A program made the position numbers and the translations under genes. Below are positions 51,413-60,048 of a stretch of DNA of 64,000 nucleotides, piece after piece; within the stretch, counting starts at the first letter, position 1, and each line of letters begins with the position of its first letter. The notes under the pieces were generated by a model that ran no database searches, was not told where the DNA came from, and was given only the letters and a program-made list of their open reading frames with translations. The DNA is from Pelagomonas calceolata (lineage: Eukaryota), in NCBI GenBank assembly GCA_918797485.1, contig CAKKNE010000002.1, positions 5,518,001 to 5,582,000 of the forward strand, in the 5' to 3' direction.

Positions 51413-52837
51413 TTACTTGCTCTTGTAATATTGGTCGCAAGCCATGAGAACGCCGAGGAGTACCACCGCGGCGCAGATAGAAGATGCGTCGGGCGGGCCT
51501 GGTCGCGGCGCGCGCGCGACGTCGGCGCACTCGAGGCGGTAATGTGTGTATACCGCTTTAAATCTTGACGGCCCGACTGCGTAGCTAATCCGGTCGCCGA
51601 CGGCGAGAAACTCCCCGAGCTGCACTAAGGAAGCCTCGTGCAGTAACAAGTTGTCGCCGTCCTCGCCCCGCACGAAGTAGAACCTCCGCCTTGTGTCGCC
51701 TTGTGTCTCGGAGTAGAACCTCCTATGAACGGGATCACTTAATTCAACCTCTCTGACCTCGTATGCCACCACGACACCCGTAAATCGCTCATCGGATAAT
51801 TCTGCTACCGGGGACGGATCGCCGAGTTGCCATCTGGGTCGTTCTTTGTCCTTCTCCATGGCCTCCTTGTCGGCCCACCACTGGTCGGCGAGCCGACCTC
51901 GGGTCGGCCGGAACCATCTGAAGGCCGAGTAGAGGACATTTGGCTCCACCATCGACTCGGCGCCCTGGAACATCGCCTGCATGGTCCTGACCTGCTGGAC
52001 CCACCAGCCACCGAGCGGTTGGTTGAAGGATCTCGCATCCTTAAACATCCACTTCATATCTAGGACCCTGTGGACCCGCCAGTCGCCCAGCGGCTGGTTA
52101 AACGACGCGGCGCCAAAGAACATCGCGCGCATGTTCCAGACGTTGTGGACCCGCCAGCCGCCGATCGGGTGGTTGAACGACGAGGCGCCGCTGAACATGG
52201 ACATCATGTCCTCGACCTTGTCGACCTGCCAGTCACCCAGCGGTTGGTTGAACGCCGAGGCGCCATCAAACATGTGGCGCATATTCGTGACGTTGTGGAC
52301 CCGCCAGGCGCCGAGTGGGCGGTTAAATGCCGATTGACCTTTGAACATCTTATCCATCGTAGTTACGCTCGAGGTATCCCACGCGCTGATGTCGTCGTTG
52401 AACAGTGGTAAGTCTGCCAAAAGCACACAGGATGTGTCCTCTACGTCATCGTTTTCATTTAACGCGGTCCTGCCAAACAACCCCCGCATGTCCGTGACCT
52501 GGGAGGTGTCCCACGTCGAGATGTGCGGCAAACGTGTGTCGCCGCCGCACCAGCGCCTTATCCAGACTCGCAGCGTCTCGTTCGTGAGAGGTTCCACGAT
52601 GGGAGGCCTGGCGTGCTGCGAGTCTGGGTAACCTCCATGATGCGGCTGAACGAGAGGTTGGGCATCGGCAGCAGCCCGCGCCTGATTTTGACGGGAGGCC
52701 TCGGCGCCACAGATGTGGCCCGGGGGCATCTCGATTGTAATGGGCTCGTACGACTCGCCGTGCTCCAAAGTCATCGTCGGACGCCCATACGACGAGTAAA
52801 TCCATTCTCCTGGGGGTCGGTACCATTCTCCTCGCAT
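51413..52837 (-). CDS. DUF285/BspA-like repeat protein with a cold-shock-like segment and a hydrophobic C-terminus
   Basis: About seven 25-aa FNQPLGDW.V..V.NM..MF.GAS repeats. Confidence 0.85.
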   Translation of the reverse strand: MRGEWYRPPGEWIYSSYGRPTMTLEHGESYEPITIEMPPGHICGAEASRQNQARAAADAQPLVQPHHGGYPDSQHARPPIVEPLTNETLRVWIRRWCGGDTRLPHISTWDTSQVTDMRGLFGRTALNENDDVEDTSCVLLADLPLFNDDISAWDTSSVTTMDKMFKGQSAFNRPLGAWRVHNVTNMRHMFDGASAFNQPLGDWQVDKVEDMMSMFSGASSFNHPIGGWRVHNVWNMRAMFFGAASFNQPLGDWRVHRVLDMKWMFKDARSFNQPLGGWWVQQVRTMQAMFQGAESMVEPNVLYSAFRWFRPTRGRLADQWWADKEAMEKDKERPRWQLGDPSPVAELSDERFTGVVVAYEVREVELSDPVHRRFYSETQGDTRRRFYFVRGEDGDNLLLHEASLVQLGEFLAVGDRISYAVGPSRFKAVYTHYRLECADVARAPRPGPPDASSICAAVVLLGVLMACDQYYKSK

Positions 52838-53040
52838 CGTCGATGGCTGTGCGTGCGCGTGCAGCTGCCCTTAAAGCTGCCCCAGTCGAGCTCAGGAAGC
52901 TTCCTAGTGCCTTACAGGACGCTAGCACTTCGTGGCCGCGTGGCTTGGCATGTCAGGCTTCGCGTTGGCAGTGCTCAACGAGGTATTTGAACACGCATTG
53001 CTGCGAAATTGCATTGCTCGCATCAGCTCTGCTGGACAGC

Positions 53041-54228
53041 ATGGCATCACTCGTGGTCGACGCAGCGTACGTGCACCACGGAACCGCCGCCGCCTCAGCG
53101 GACAATATCAACGGCTGGAGCGAGGCTGCCTTAAAACGAATAAAGCCGAAAGCGTTCAAGCGGCGCCTCGAATCCGCGCTAGGGCTGTCGATAGAGCGCG
53201 CCTGCTGGTGCGCGGCGCGCGACGGCCGCGTCGACGCCGTGGCGACGAAGCTCGACAAGCGGCTGAGGAAAGCGGGCTTCGTAACATCATACCGTCGCAT
53301 AAAGATGGACGAGGTCGTGTGTCGCAATCGGGACTGCGTCGCGGCCGGTACCTGCCCCCACTTACATCGGAGCAACCCGGTGCGCTGCCGCCGCCAGGCC
53401 GGCGTCGACGTCGACGTCGCGTGCCGCGCGCTCCAGTTTATTACCGAGCAGCTGATGAGTGAAACAACAAGCTGGCAGTCGTCGACGTGGACGCACGCCC
53501 AGCAGTCCGCGCAACCCTGGCTCGTGCTCGTCGCCGGCGACGGGGACTTCCTGTCGCTGGTAGAGACCGCGAAGCGCCTGGGCGCGAAGGTCGCCGTCGC
53601 GGCGTGGCGGCGGTCGGTGCACGACGATCTTGTGGAGACGGCCGACGCGTTCCTGGCGCTGGACGACGACGACGTCGTCTGGAACGAGGGCGACGACGAG
53701 GAGGACGACGACGACGCGAGCAGCGCCACTCCTCAGATCGCGTCGCCGTCGCCGCTCCTCGTGCCGGCGCAGCTGTCAATCAGTGGTTCGCCTTTTGGCG
53801 CGGCGGCGCCGATGCCGCCCGCGCCCGACGACGAGCTGTCGCGCGCGCTCGCCGAGTCGGCGCTGCTGGCGCGGCTCGACGCGGCGACGGCGAACGACGG
53901 CGGAGACGACGAGCTTGCGCGAGCCCTCGCGGAGTCGGCCAGACAGCACGCCCTCGAGGAGCGCCAGCGCACAACCTGGAGGCACCCCGAGCTCGAATCG
54001 AGCGATGAAGAGCAGGATTCCTCCGAGCTGGAGACGTCTGGCGAGCTGGAGACATCCCGCGAACTGGAGACGTCTGGCGAGGCGTCGCTGCGGCATCCGG
54101 AGTTGGAGGAGCCGTCACTCGCGCGGACGCCCCGGAGCTGGGAAGACTGGGCGCGTCCGCGGCACCCCGAGCTCGATTCCGACAGCGAGGACGGCCTCGA
54201 CACCCGGCCGGGAATAGTTGTATTGTAA
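53041..54228 (+). CDS. NYN/LabA PIN-fold domain protein with two UIM-like motifs
   Basis: LVVDAAYV, QAGVDVDVA, LVAGDGDFLSLV; DDELSRALAES and DDELARALAES. Confidence 0.8.
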   Translation: MASLVVDAAYVHHGTAAASADNINGWSEAALKRIKPKAFKRRLESALGLSIERACWCAARDGRVDAVATKLDKRLRKAGFVTSYRRIKMDEVVCRNRDCVAAGTCPHLHRSNPVRCRRQAGVDVDVACRALQFITEQLMSETTSWQSSTWTHAQQSAQPWLVLVAGDGDFLSLVETAKRLGAKVAVAAWRRSVHDDLVETADAFLALDDDDVVWNEGDDEEDDDDASSATPQIASPSPLLVPAQLSISGSPFGAAAPMPPAPDDELSRALAESALLARLDAATANDGGDDELARALAESARQHALEERQRTTWRHPELESSDEEQDSSELETSGELETSRELETSGEASLRHPELEEPSLARTPRSWEDWARPRHPELDSDSEDGLDTRPGIVVL

Positions 54229-54233
54229 GTGAA

Positions 54234-55832
54234 TTAGTGGTTGTCCCGCCGCGTCCCCGCGCAGGCCTCCGCGCGCTGCTCCAGCGCCGCGACGGCCCGG
54301 TCGTAGACCCCCAGATCGATCGGATTCGACGCGACGAAGGCATCCTCGAGCGCCGCGTGCTCCCAGTGCGCCGTGCGCGCCTTGTGCCGCTCGCGCGCCG
54401 TTTGGTGGTGGTGGACGTGCTTGAGGTGCTTCATCGCCCGCGACGCGCGGTCTTCCGTCGCGCTCCTCAATACTCTCCTCCGGTCGGGGTAGGCCTTCTT
54501 CAGGCCCAGGAAGTGCGCGGGCAGCCTCCTCTCCAACTCGGCCACGACGAGCGCTAGTTTGTCGGCCGGCGCCACGAACAGAACTGACGACGAGGCCACG
54601 GCCCAGGCCTCGTCCACGGTATTGCATTGGGAAGAACCACAGAGCCACTTCGCGTCCGCATTATCAACATCGTGCCCTTCGGTCATGAAGCACGAGGGAG
54701 AGTGGCCCGGTCCTTTGCCACTGAAGTCCACGCTCCCGAGGCACTGCTGGATGGCCTCCATCGTCACGAGCGCTAAATGCAAAGAAGCCATGCGCTCGCG
54801 CGGGTGTCGGACAAAGGCGACGACAACTGGAGCTTTACTGCTCAGCACTTGCGTGAGGTCCGGGACCTTGTACGCGCCGACGACGACCGCCGCGTACTTA
54901 TTGGACTGCTCGAAGCACGCGGGCAGGTCCCTGGTCTGCGCCTCGTCGGCGCGGCCACAAACCGAAAAGTCGTTGTCGTTCTTGAGCTGCTTGAAGGCGT
55001 CGTACAACCGTTTGACGCTGCTGGAGGCCCCGGGCGGGTGTATAATACCGACGGCGCGGTGCGCTCCGGATAAATGGGGCGGGCACGCGCCGTCGTCGCT
55101 TTTTTTTGTTGATAGTTCAACGTGGTCCTGCAAATCGCTCTCGAAGTCGTGGGCGTGGATGACCGTGCAACCTTTATCTGCATAGGTGCCGTCCTTCAGT
55201 TGCACTGCTCTACAGTGGCGCACGTTGCGACAATTGTAGATCATCGGTAATTTCGCCACCCTTAGACCTTCGTCTTTCGCCTTGCGCACGGCCACTTGAA
55301 AAGAAGGCTGCTCGCGGCGCGTCCGTTGCATGACCGTGCGGTATTTGGCCTCCCAGTGGCGCCAGAGCGCGTTCGAGCGCGCGTTCTTGGAGAACGCCAA
55401 AACACCGGCCGACGCGCCGGAGTGGTTGCCGCGGCCGCCCCAGACGCAGGCCACGTCCGTGTTCCTCAATAAAGGGAAGAGCGTTTTCCCAGGATCCTTG
55501 CAGGCCCTGGTGTCGCTGTCGAGGAAGATCGTGCGCTCGTAGGGCGACGCGAGGCCGCCCCGCAGCTTCTGCAACCTAAACCCCTGCGAGTCGTGCACGT
55601 CGAGGTCCGGGAAGGCCTTTTCTGCTCGTATGACAACATCAAAAACTTGCAGCGACGGCCCGACGTCCCGCAGCGTCGCGGCGTCGGACACGAAGGTGAT
55701 GTTGGCGGCCGGCGCGACGCGGCGTAAACTCCGCGCGCTCGCGACGGCCTCGTCGCCCCGATTGGTGACGAAGAGGTAGCCCTCGTCGGGGGTCGCCGCG
55801 GCCGTCAGGGCTAGGGCGAGGAGGCGCCGCAT
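54234..55832 (-). CDS. Nucleotide-diphospho-sugar glycosyltransferase with a sulfotransferase-like C-terminal domain
   Basis: Signal peptide; SPYERTIFLDSD (DxD), EQPSF, YNCR; then VAFVRHPRERMASL...NPIDLGVY. Confidence 0.75.
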   Translation of the reverse strand: MRRLLALALTAAATPDEGYLFVTNRGDEAVASARSLRRVAPAANITFVSDAATLRDVGPSLQVFDVVIRAEKAFPDLDVHDSQGFRLQKLRGGLASPYERTIFLDSDTRACKDPGKTLFPLLRNTDVACVWGGRGNHSGASAGVLAFSKNARSNALWRHWEAKYRTVMQRTRREQPSFQVAVRKAKDEGLRVAKLPMIYNCRNVRHCRAVQLKDGTYADKGCTVIHAHDFESDLQDHVELSTKKSDDGACPPHLSGAHRAVGIIHPPGASSSVKRLYDAFKQLKNDNDFSVCGRADEAQTRDLPACFEQSNKYAAVVVGAYKVPDLTQVLSSKAPVVVAFVRHPRERMASLHLALVTMEAIQQCLGSVDFSGKGPGHSPSCFMTEGHDVDNADAKWLCGSSQCNTVDEAWAVASSSVLFVAPADKLALVVAELERRLPAHFLGLKKAYPDRRRVLRSATEDRASRAMKHLKHVHHHQTARERHKARTAHWEHAALEDAFVASNPIDLGVYDRAVAALEQRAEACAGTRRDNH

Positions 55833-56080
55833 GGGGCTGCCGCGATCGCTGCCCGATGCGTGCTCTGGTGTTTTGTGGGCTTGTGCCGATGCTCAATTAC
55901 TTGGGCTTGTGACTCTTGGGCGCAAAAAAGGGCTTCGGGTTGCTTTTTTGGCGTGCTTGCTAATGTCTTTATGCCGCTAAGCTTGTCTCGACTGCCTCGA
56001 CTTGATACGGCTGGCTCCCTTGCCGATTTTTGCACCGCAGCTCGCGAATCGACATCGCATCGATCAATAGAGCTGCCACG

Positions 56081-56526
56081 ATGCGCGCCACGACGCTCGT
56101 TTTGCTGGTCGCTGGTGCTGCTGCGCTCCAGCCCACTCTGCGCGTGCACGCGGCGGCGCGGTCCCGTACGAGTGGATGACCAGTGCAGAAAACAACCAAA
56201 GGATTCGACGACCTGACGGCGAAACGACTCTAATGCTTGTAACGCTTGACCGCGACCCGCGCGCCGGACGTCGACGGCGCCGCCGACGGGAGGGATCGTC
56301 CAGCCTCCACGCCATCGAGCGGACGCGTCGGTGTGGCGAAAAGGTCGACGCACACACAGGCATCGTCGCCCGGGCCGAGCCAGAGCGAGAGGACGGCATG
56401 GTCGACATCAGACCCCAGCCGCGGGAACTGGACAGCGACGCGGAGCTCGGTCTGACGGTGCTCGCGCCCGGGATCGCGCTGTTCGCGCTCATCGCGGTCG
56501 TGGCCCAGTTCGCGCACCCGGTATAG
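56081..56526 (+). CDS. Small probable plastid membrane protein, 2 exons (intron 56166-56359)
   Basis: MRATTLVLLVAGAAALQP...RSR|IVARAEPE...LTVLAPGIALFALIAVVAQF. The GT-AG phase is compatible. Confidence 0.6.
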
Positions 56527-56787
56527 GCCTAGTTTATAATTGGATCATACGAACAGCGCTGACACCGGATCATCTCCAGATTTAGAAGGTGCGGGGCCGC
56601 TCGCGTGCGATGCGAGATACGATGCGGTGACGCACTCGGGGTCCGTGCTAGAGTGACTAGTTCAATAAGCGACTCTCTCTCACGAGTCGCAACGTGCGCG
56701 ACGCGCGGTGCGACGTGCGCGCTACTCCTAGTAACATAAGTCTTAGTGAGCCAGACGAAAACAGCGCGGCCGCGCGCCGCCGCCGCG

Positions 56788-56847
56788 GGAGGACCAGGTC
56801 GGCCCCACACCCAGAGAGATGGTGTGGCGCGTCATAGGCGGTCCCCC
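56788..56847 (-). promoter_or_regulatory. Candidate SECIS element
   Basis: Minus strand GGGGGACC-gcct-ATGAC-GCGCCACACC-atctctctg-GGTGTGGGGC-CGAC-ct-GGTCCTCC: helix I, AUGA/GA core and a 10-bp helix II with one mismatch. Confidence 0.75.
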
Positions 56848-56903
56848 GCGCGCGGCGAGCCCCGGGGCGTGCGGTCCCCGGGGCGGCCACCAAGTGCCTT
56901 CGT

Positions 56904-57563
56904 CTAGAGCTCGTCCTTCGCCGCCGCGACTTTGGCCAGCTTCGCGAGCAGCTTCCGCTGGGCCTTCATCTTCTTCTGCGTCGCGTCGGACAGCAGATCG
57001 TCCAACCGCGCCGCCTCGGCGTCGCGCGCCGCGGCGTCGCCGCGCCACGCGTCCAAATACTGGGACTCCTCCTCGTCGCAACCCTTCTTGGTTACGGCGT
57101 CGCAGACCTTCCTAGAGGTTGTGACGGCGTTGATCATGCGCTGCGGGATCTTGAACTCGTCGCAGATCTTCTGGGTCGTGATCCGCTCGACGGGCGCGCC
57201 GCCGGGGCCCGTGTCCGCGTTGTAGTACCGCAGCGTCGGCCAGCCGCCCGCGCCGGGGTTCTGCGGCGTCCCGTCCCGACTCTGCGTGACGCGGCCCTCC
57301 CGCAAATTCACGTCCCCGAAGACGACGCCCGCGTCGTCCTTGTAATGCTCCACGGCCGCACGCCATCCCGGAGCCTGCTTGACTCATCAGCCTCAGCCCT
57401 CCGACGCGATGAACCGCACCATCGCCGTCTTGCCGGCGGCCAGCGCTTCTTCGACGAAGTCGTCGAAGTTGGCAGCCGTGAGAGGGGTGGTGCCCTCGGC
57501 TAGCGCGGAGCCAGCCTCGGCTGCGCCTATGCAGGCCAGGGCCAAGAGGATGCGGCGCGCCAT
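56904..57563 (-). CDS. ER thioredoxin/PDI-like selenoprotein with a G-U-G-U-U motif (three Sec codons), 219 aa
   Basis: Signal peptide, LTAANFDDFV, VRFIASEG, then codons TGA-GGC-TGA-TGA, then VKQAPGW...FGDVN...GWPTLRYY, ending KDEL. Both halves are in the same frame. Confidence 0.88.
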
Positions 57564-58003
57564 CTCTGCACGCGTTTCTCTGCACGCGTTTTCCGGCGAA
57601 ACGGCGAGGACACGACTCGCGCCAGCGACGCGATCGGTCCCGGACGTTCGCTGGCTCTCTCCTGCGCCGCAACGAGAGCCAATTCGAGCCAAAATGGCCT
57701 ATGTGCGCTGTGATATACCCGTGCGATAGACCAAAATGCATGGGTCTTTTTGAAGGCGTGCTACGTGGCCTCAGGCCTCAGGAAAGCGGCGCAGGAGAGC
57801 CTTCGCCTGCCGAAACTGCCGCTCCGCGGATCAGAGTCCCAGAGTTTAATTCGCGCGCTCTCCGCCTGCGCGTCGTCTTACGAGCCGATTGACAACCGCG
57901 CGAGCCTGTTGACAGTAGCCAAGTACCGCAGCGGCAACTTGCTGGTCGAAAAGAGGGCTGCAAGCACGTAAAAAAGCAGCACAGTGAAAGGCCAGAGATC
58001 CAC

Positions 58004-59163
58004 ATGGCAGCGGTCGTCCAAAGCCCGCCCCACGAAATCGCGCGCCAGGAGAAGTTGGCGCATCTCGCCGCCGTCGACGCGCGCGAGGAGCTCCAGCGCC
58101 GCCACAGCCAGGGCCAGGCCGACGCCGGCGCGGAGGCCGAGCGCCAGGCCCGCGTGGCCGCCTTCGGCGAGGCGCCGCAGGCGAGCCCCTTGGTCAAGGC
58201 CATCAGCGCCGGCGAGCTCGAGAAAAAGGCGACGACGCAGCAGGTGAAGGCCCTCGCCGAGGAAGAGCGCGCCCAGCGCATGGCCGCCGAAGCCGAACGC
58301 GAGCGCGTATCCGAGTCCGAGCGCAAGTCCAATGCGGCGGCGGCCGACCGCGCGGCGGAGGGCGAGCGCCAGGAGCGGCTCCAGGCCCAGGCCAAGGCCG
58401 ACGCGCAGGAGGCGCTCGTGCGTGCCGAGGCGCAGCGCCGCTCGCTCGAGCTGCAGGACGCGGAGCGCGCGGAGCGCCTCGCGGCCGGCCCGCAGCGCTC
58501 GCCGCTCAAGGGCTCCAAGGTCCTCGAGACCGTCGGCGACGCGGCCGCCGAGCTCGGTGCGGACTCCGTGTCATGCCTTCGTTTTGGGGTCGCGTCGATG
58601 GCGTCGAGCCTCACAAAGTTTCGTCCACACAGAACGCAAGGGCAACGCCCGCCGCGTCGACGCCGCGGCCGAGGAGGAGCGCGAGCGCCGCGTCAACGAA
58701 GAAGCGGCCCACGAGCGCGCGTCCGAGACCGAGCGCCTGTCCAATGCCCAGGACGCCGACAAGGCCGCGGAGGCCGAGCGCTCACGCCGCGTCGCGGAGG
58801 ACAAGCGCCGCGAGGCCGACGCCGCGCGCGAGCGCCAGACCGCGGCCCGCAAGGCCAACAAGGCGATGGACGCGGAGCGCGGCGCAGTGCACAAATCAAA
58901 TTCGCGGCGCTTCGCACGCCATCGACGCGACGTGACGGTGCGGTTTCTGACTCACCGGTTGATTTGCGCACAGGCGCGCCGACCGCGTCGCGGCGCACGG
59001 CACCGCGCCCCTGGCCTCGCCGTCGTCCAAGGCGATGAAGAGCGTGAGCATCACGCCGCGACCGGCCGACGCGCCGCCGCCGCCGCCGCCGGAGACCCAA
59101 ATCTCGACAGAGTCGCTCGACACCGCGTGCACCAAGGCGACGAAGACCTGCGTCATCGCCTGA
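58004..59163 (+). CDS. Ala/Glu/Arg-rich coiled-coil protein ending in CaaX (CVIA), 3 exons (introns 58557-58632, 58877-58973)
   Basis: Splicing joins three frames: AELE|RKGNARR...MDAE|RADRVAAHG...KTCVIA*. Confidence 0.75.
58885..58973. mobile_element. Introner-like element forming a GC-AG intron
   Basis: TIR cagtgcacaaatcaa / ttgatttgcgcacag (13/15). Flanks gcgcggcg and gcgcgccg match 7/8. Confidence 0.8.
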
Positions 59164-59243
59164 GGCGCCACCGCGGACGAAGCCGCGTTCCCCCCTGTGT
59201 CCCCGCGTGATCCCTGTCCTCCTCCCCTCTTGTAACAACAAAC

Positions 59244-59585
59244 TTATATGGAGTGCTTCACGAGCGCGGCGAACGCGATGCCGAACCAACAGATCTCGAG
59301 GAACATCGGAGCATAGGCTTTCTTGCAATAGCAATTGAACCCGACGCACGCGGACCCGAAGAGGTTCATGCAGTCGACGACGACGGGGTGCTTGCGCAAA
59401 ATCTGGTTCGCAACGAATAGATACGCGACCAGCAACGTCGCGGACCCAACATACCCCAGGACGTCGTTCAGCTCGGGCCCGCGCCGGCGCTTCTTCGGGG
59501 CGCCGGCCTCGCTCGCCGCCGGGCTACTCAGGTAGATCGTTTCGCCCTCCGGGTCGTAGTACGACGGTTTGCCGGCGGTCTGCAT
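59244..59585 (-). CDS. Small membrane protein
   Basis: LGYVGSATLLVAYL...MNLFGSACVG...AYAPMFLEICWFGIA; about three hydrophobic segments. Confidence 0.65.
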   Translation of the reverse strand: MQTAGKPSYYDPEGETIYLSSPAASEAGAPKKRRRGPELNDVLGYVGSATLLVAYLFVANQILRKHPVVVDCMNLFGSACVGFNCYCKKAYAPMFLEICWFGIAFAALVKHSI

Positions 59586-60048
59586 CGCTCAATTTTATCG
59601 TGCAAGTAACAGCGACAGTCTGATGGCTCTAGCTAAAGTACCAGTTCGGGGGTCAGGGCGCGAGACGCGCGACGAGCTATTATTTGGCAAGTTTGGTTTT
59701 GAGCACAACGCCCACAACGCCAATATCAATGCAGGAGTGATTTTCGCTCAATGCCGCGTCGGCGTACTACCAATGCCGGTACTTCCGTCGGTCGCTTCAA
59801 TCCGTAAGCGCGGTAGGGCGTCAAACGCGTCCCCGCCGCACAAGCTTGTGGCTTTCGTGCGGGTTGCTTAGCCTTCTCAAACCAAAGAACAGTATCCAAC
59901 ACCACCCATCTCTTAATAGACAACCGTGCGACCAGTCCCATAAAACCCGACATCAGTTGTGGCGCACGATCGTACAAAGCGCAGTCGTTGGTGCCGCGTA
60001 CACAAAATGCCCGGCGCGGGCTGCGCCTAAAACCACACAAAGACGACG

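Noticed and set aside
57384..57395. Pseudogene reading of the triple stop
   Set aside because: All three stops are TGA, clustered at the redox site; both halves are intact and a SECIS-like hairpin follows.
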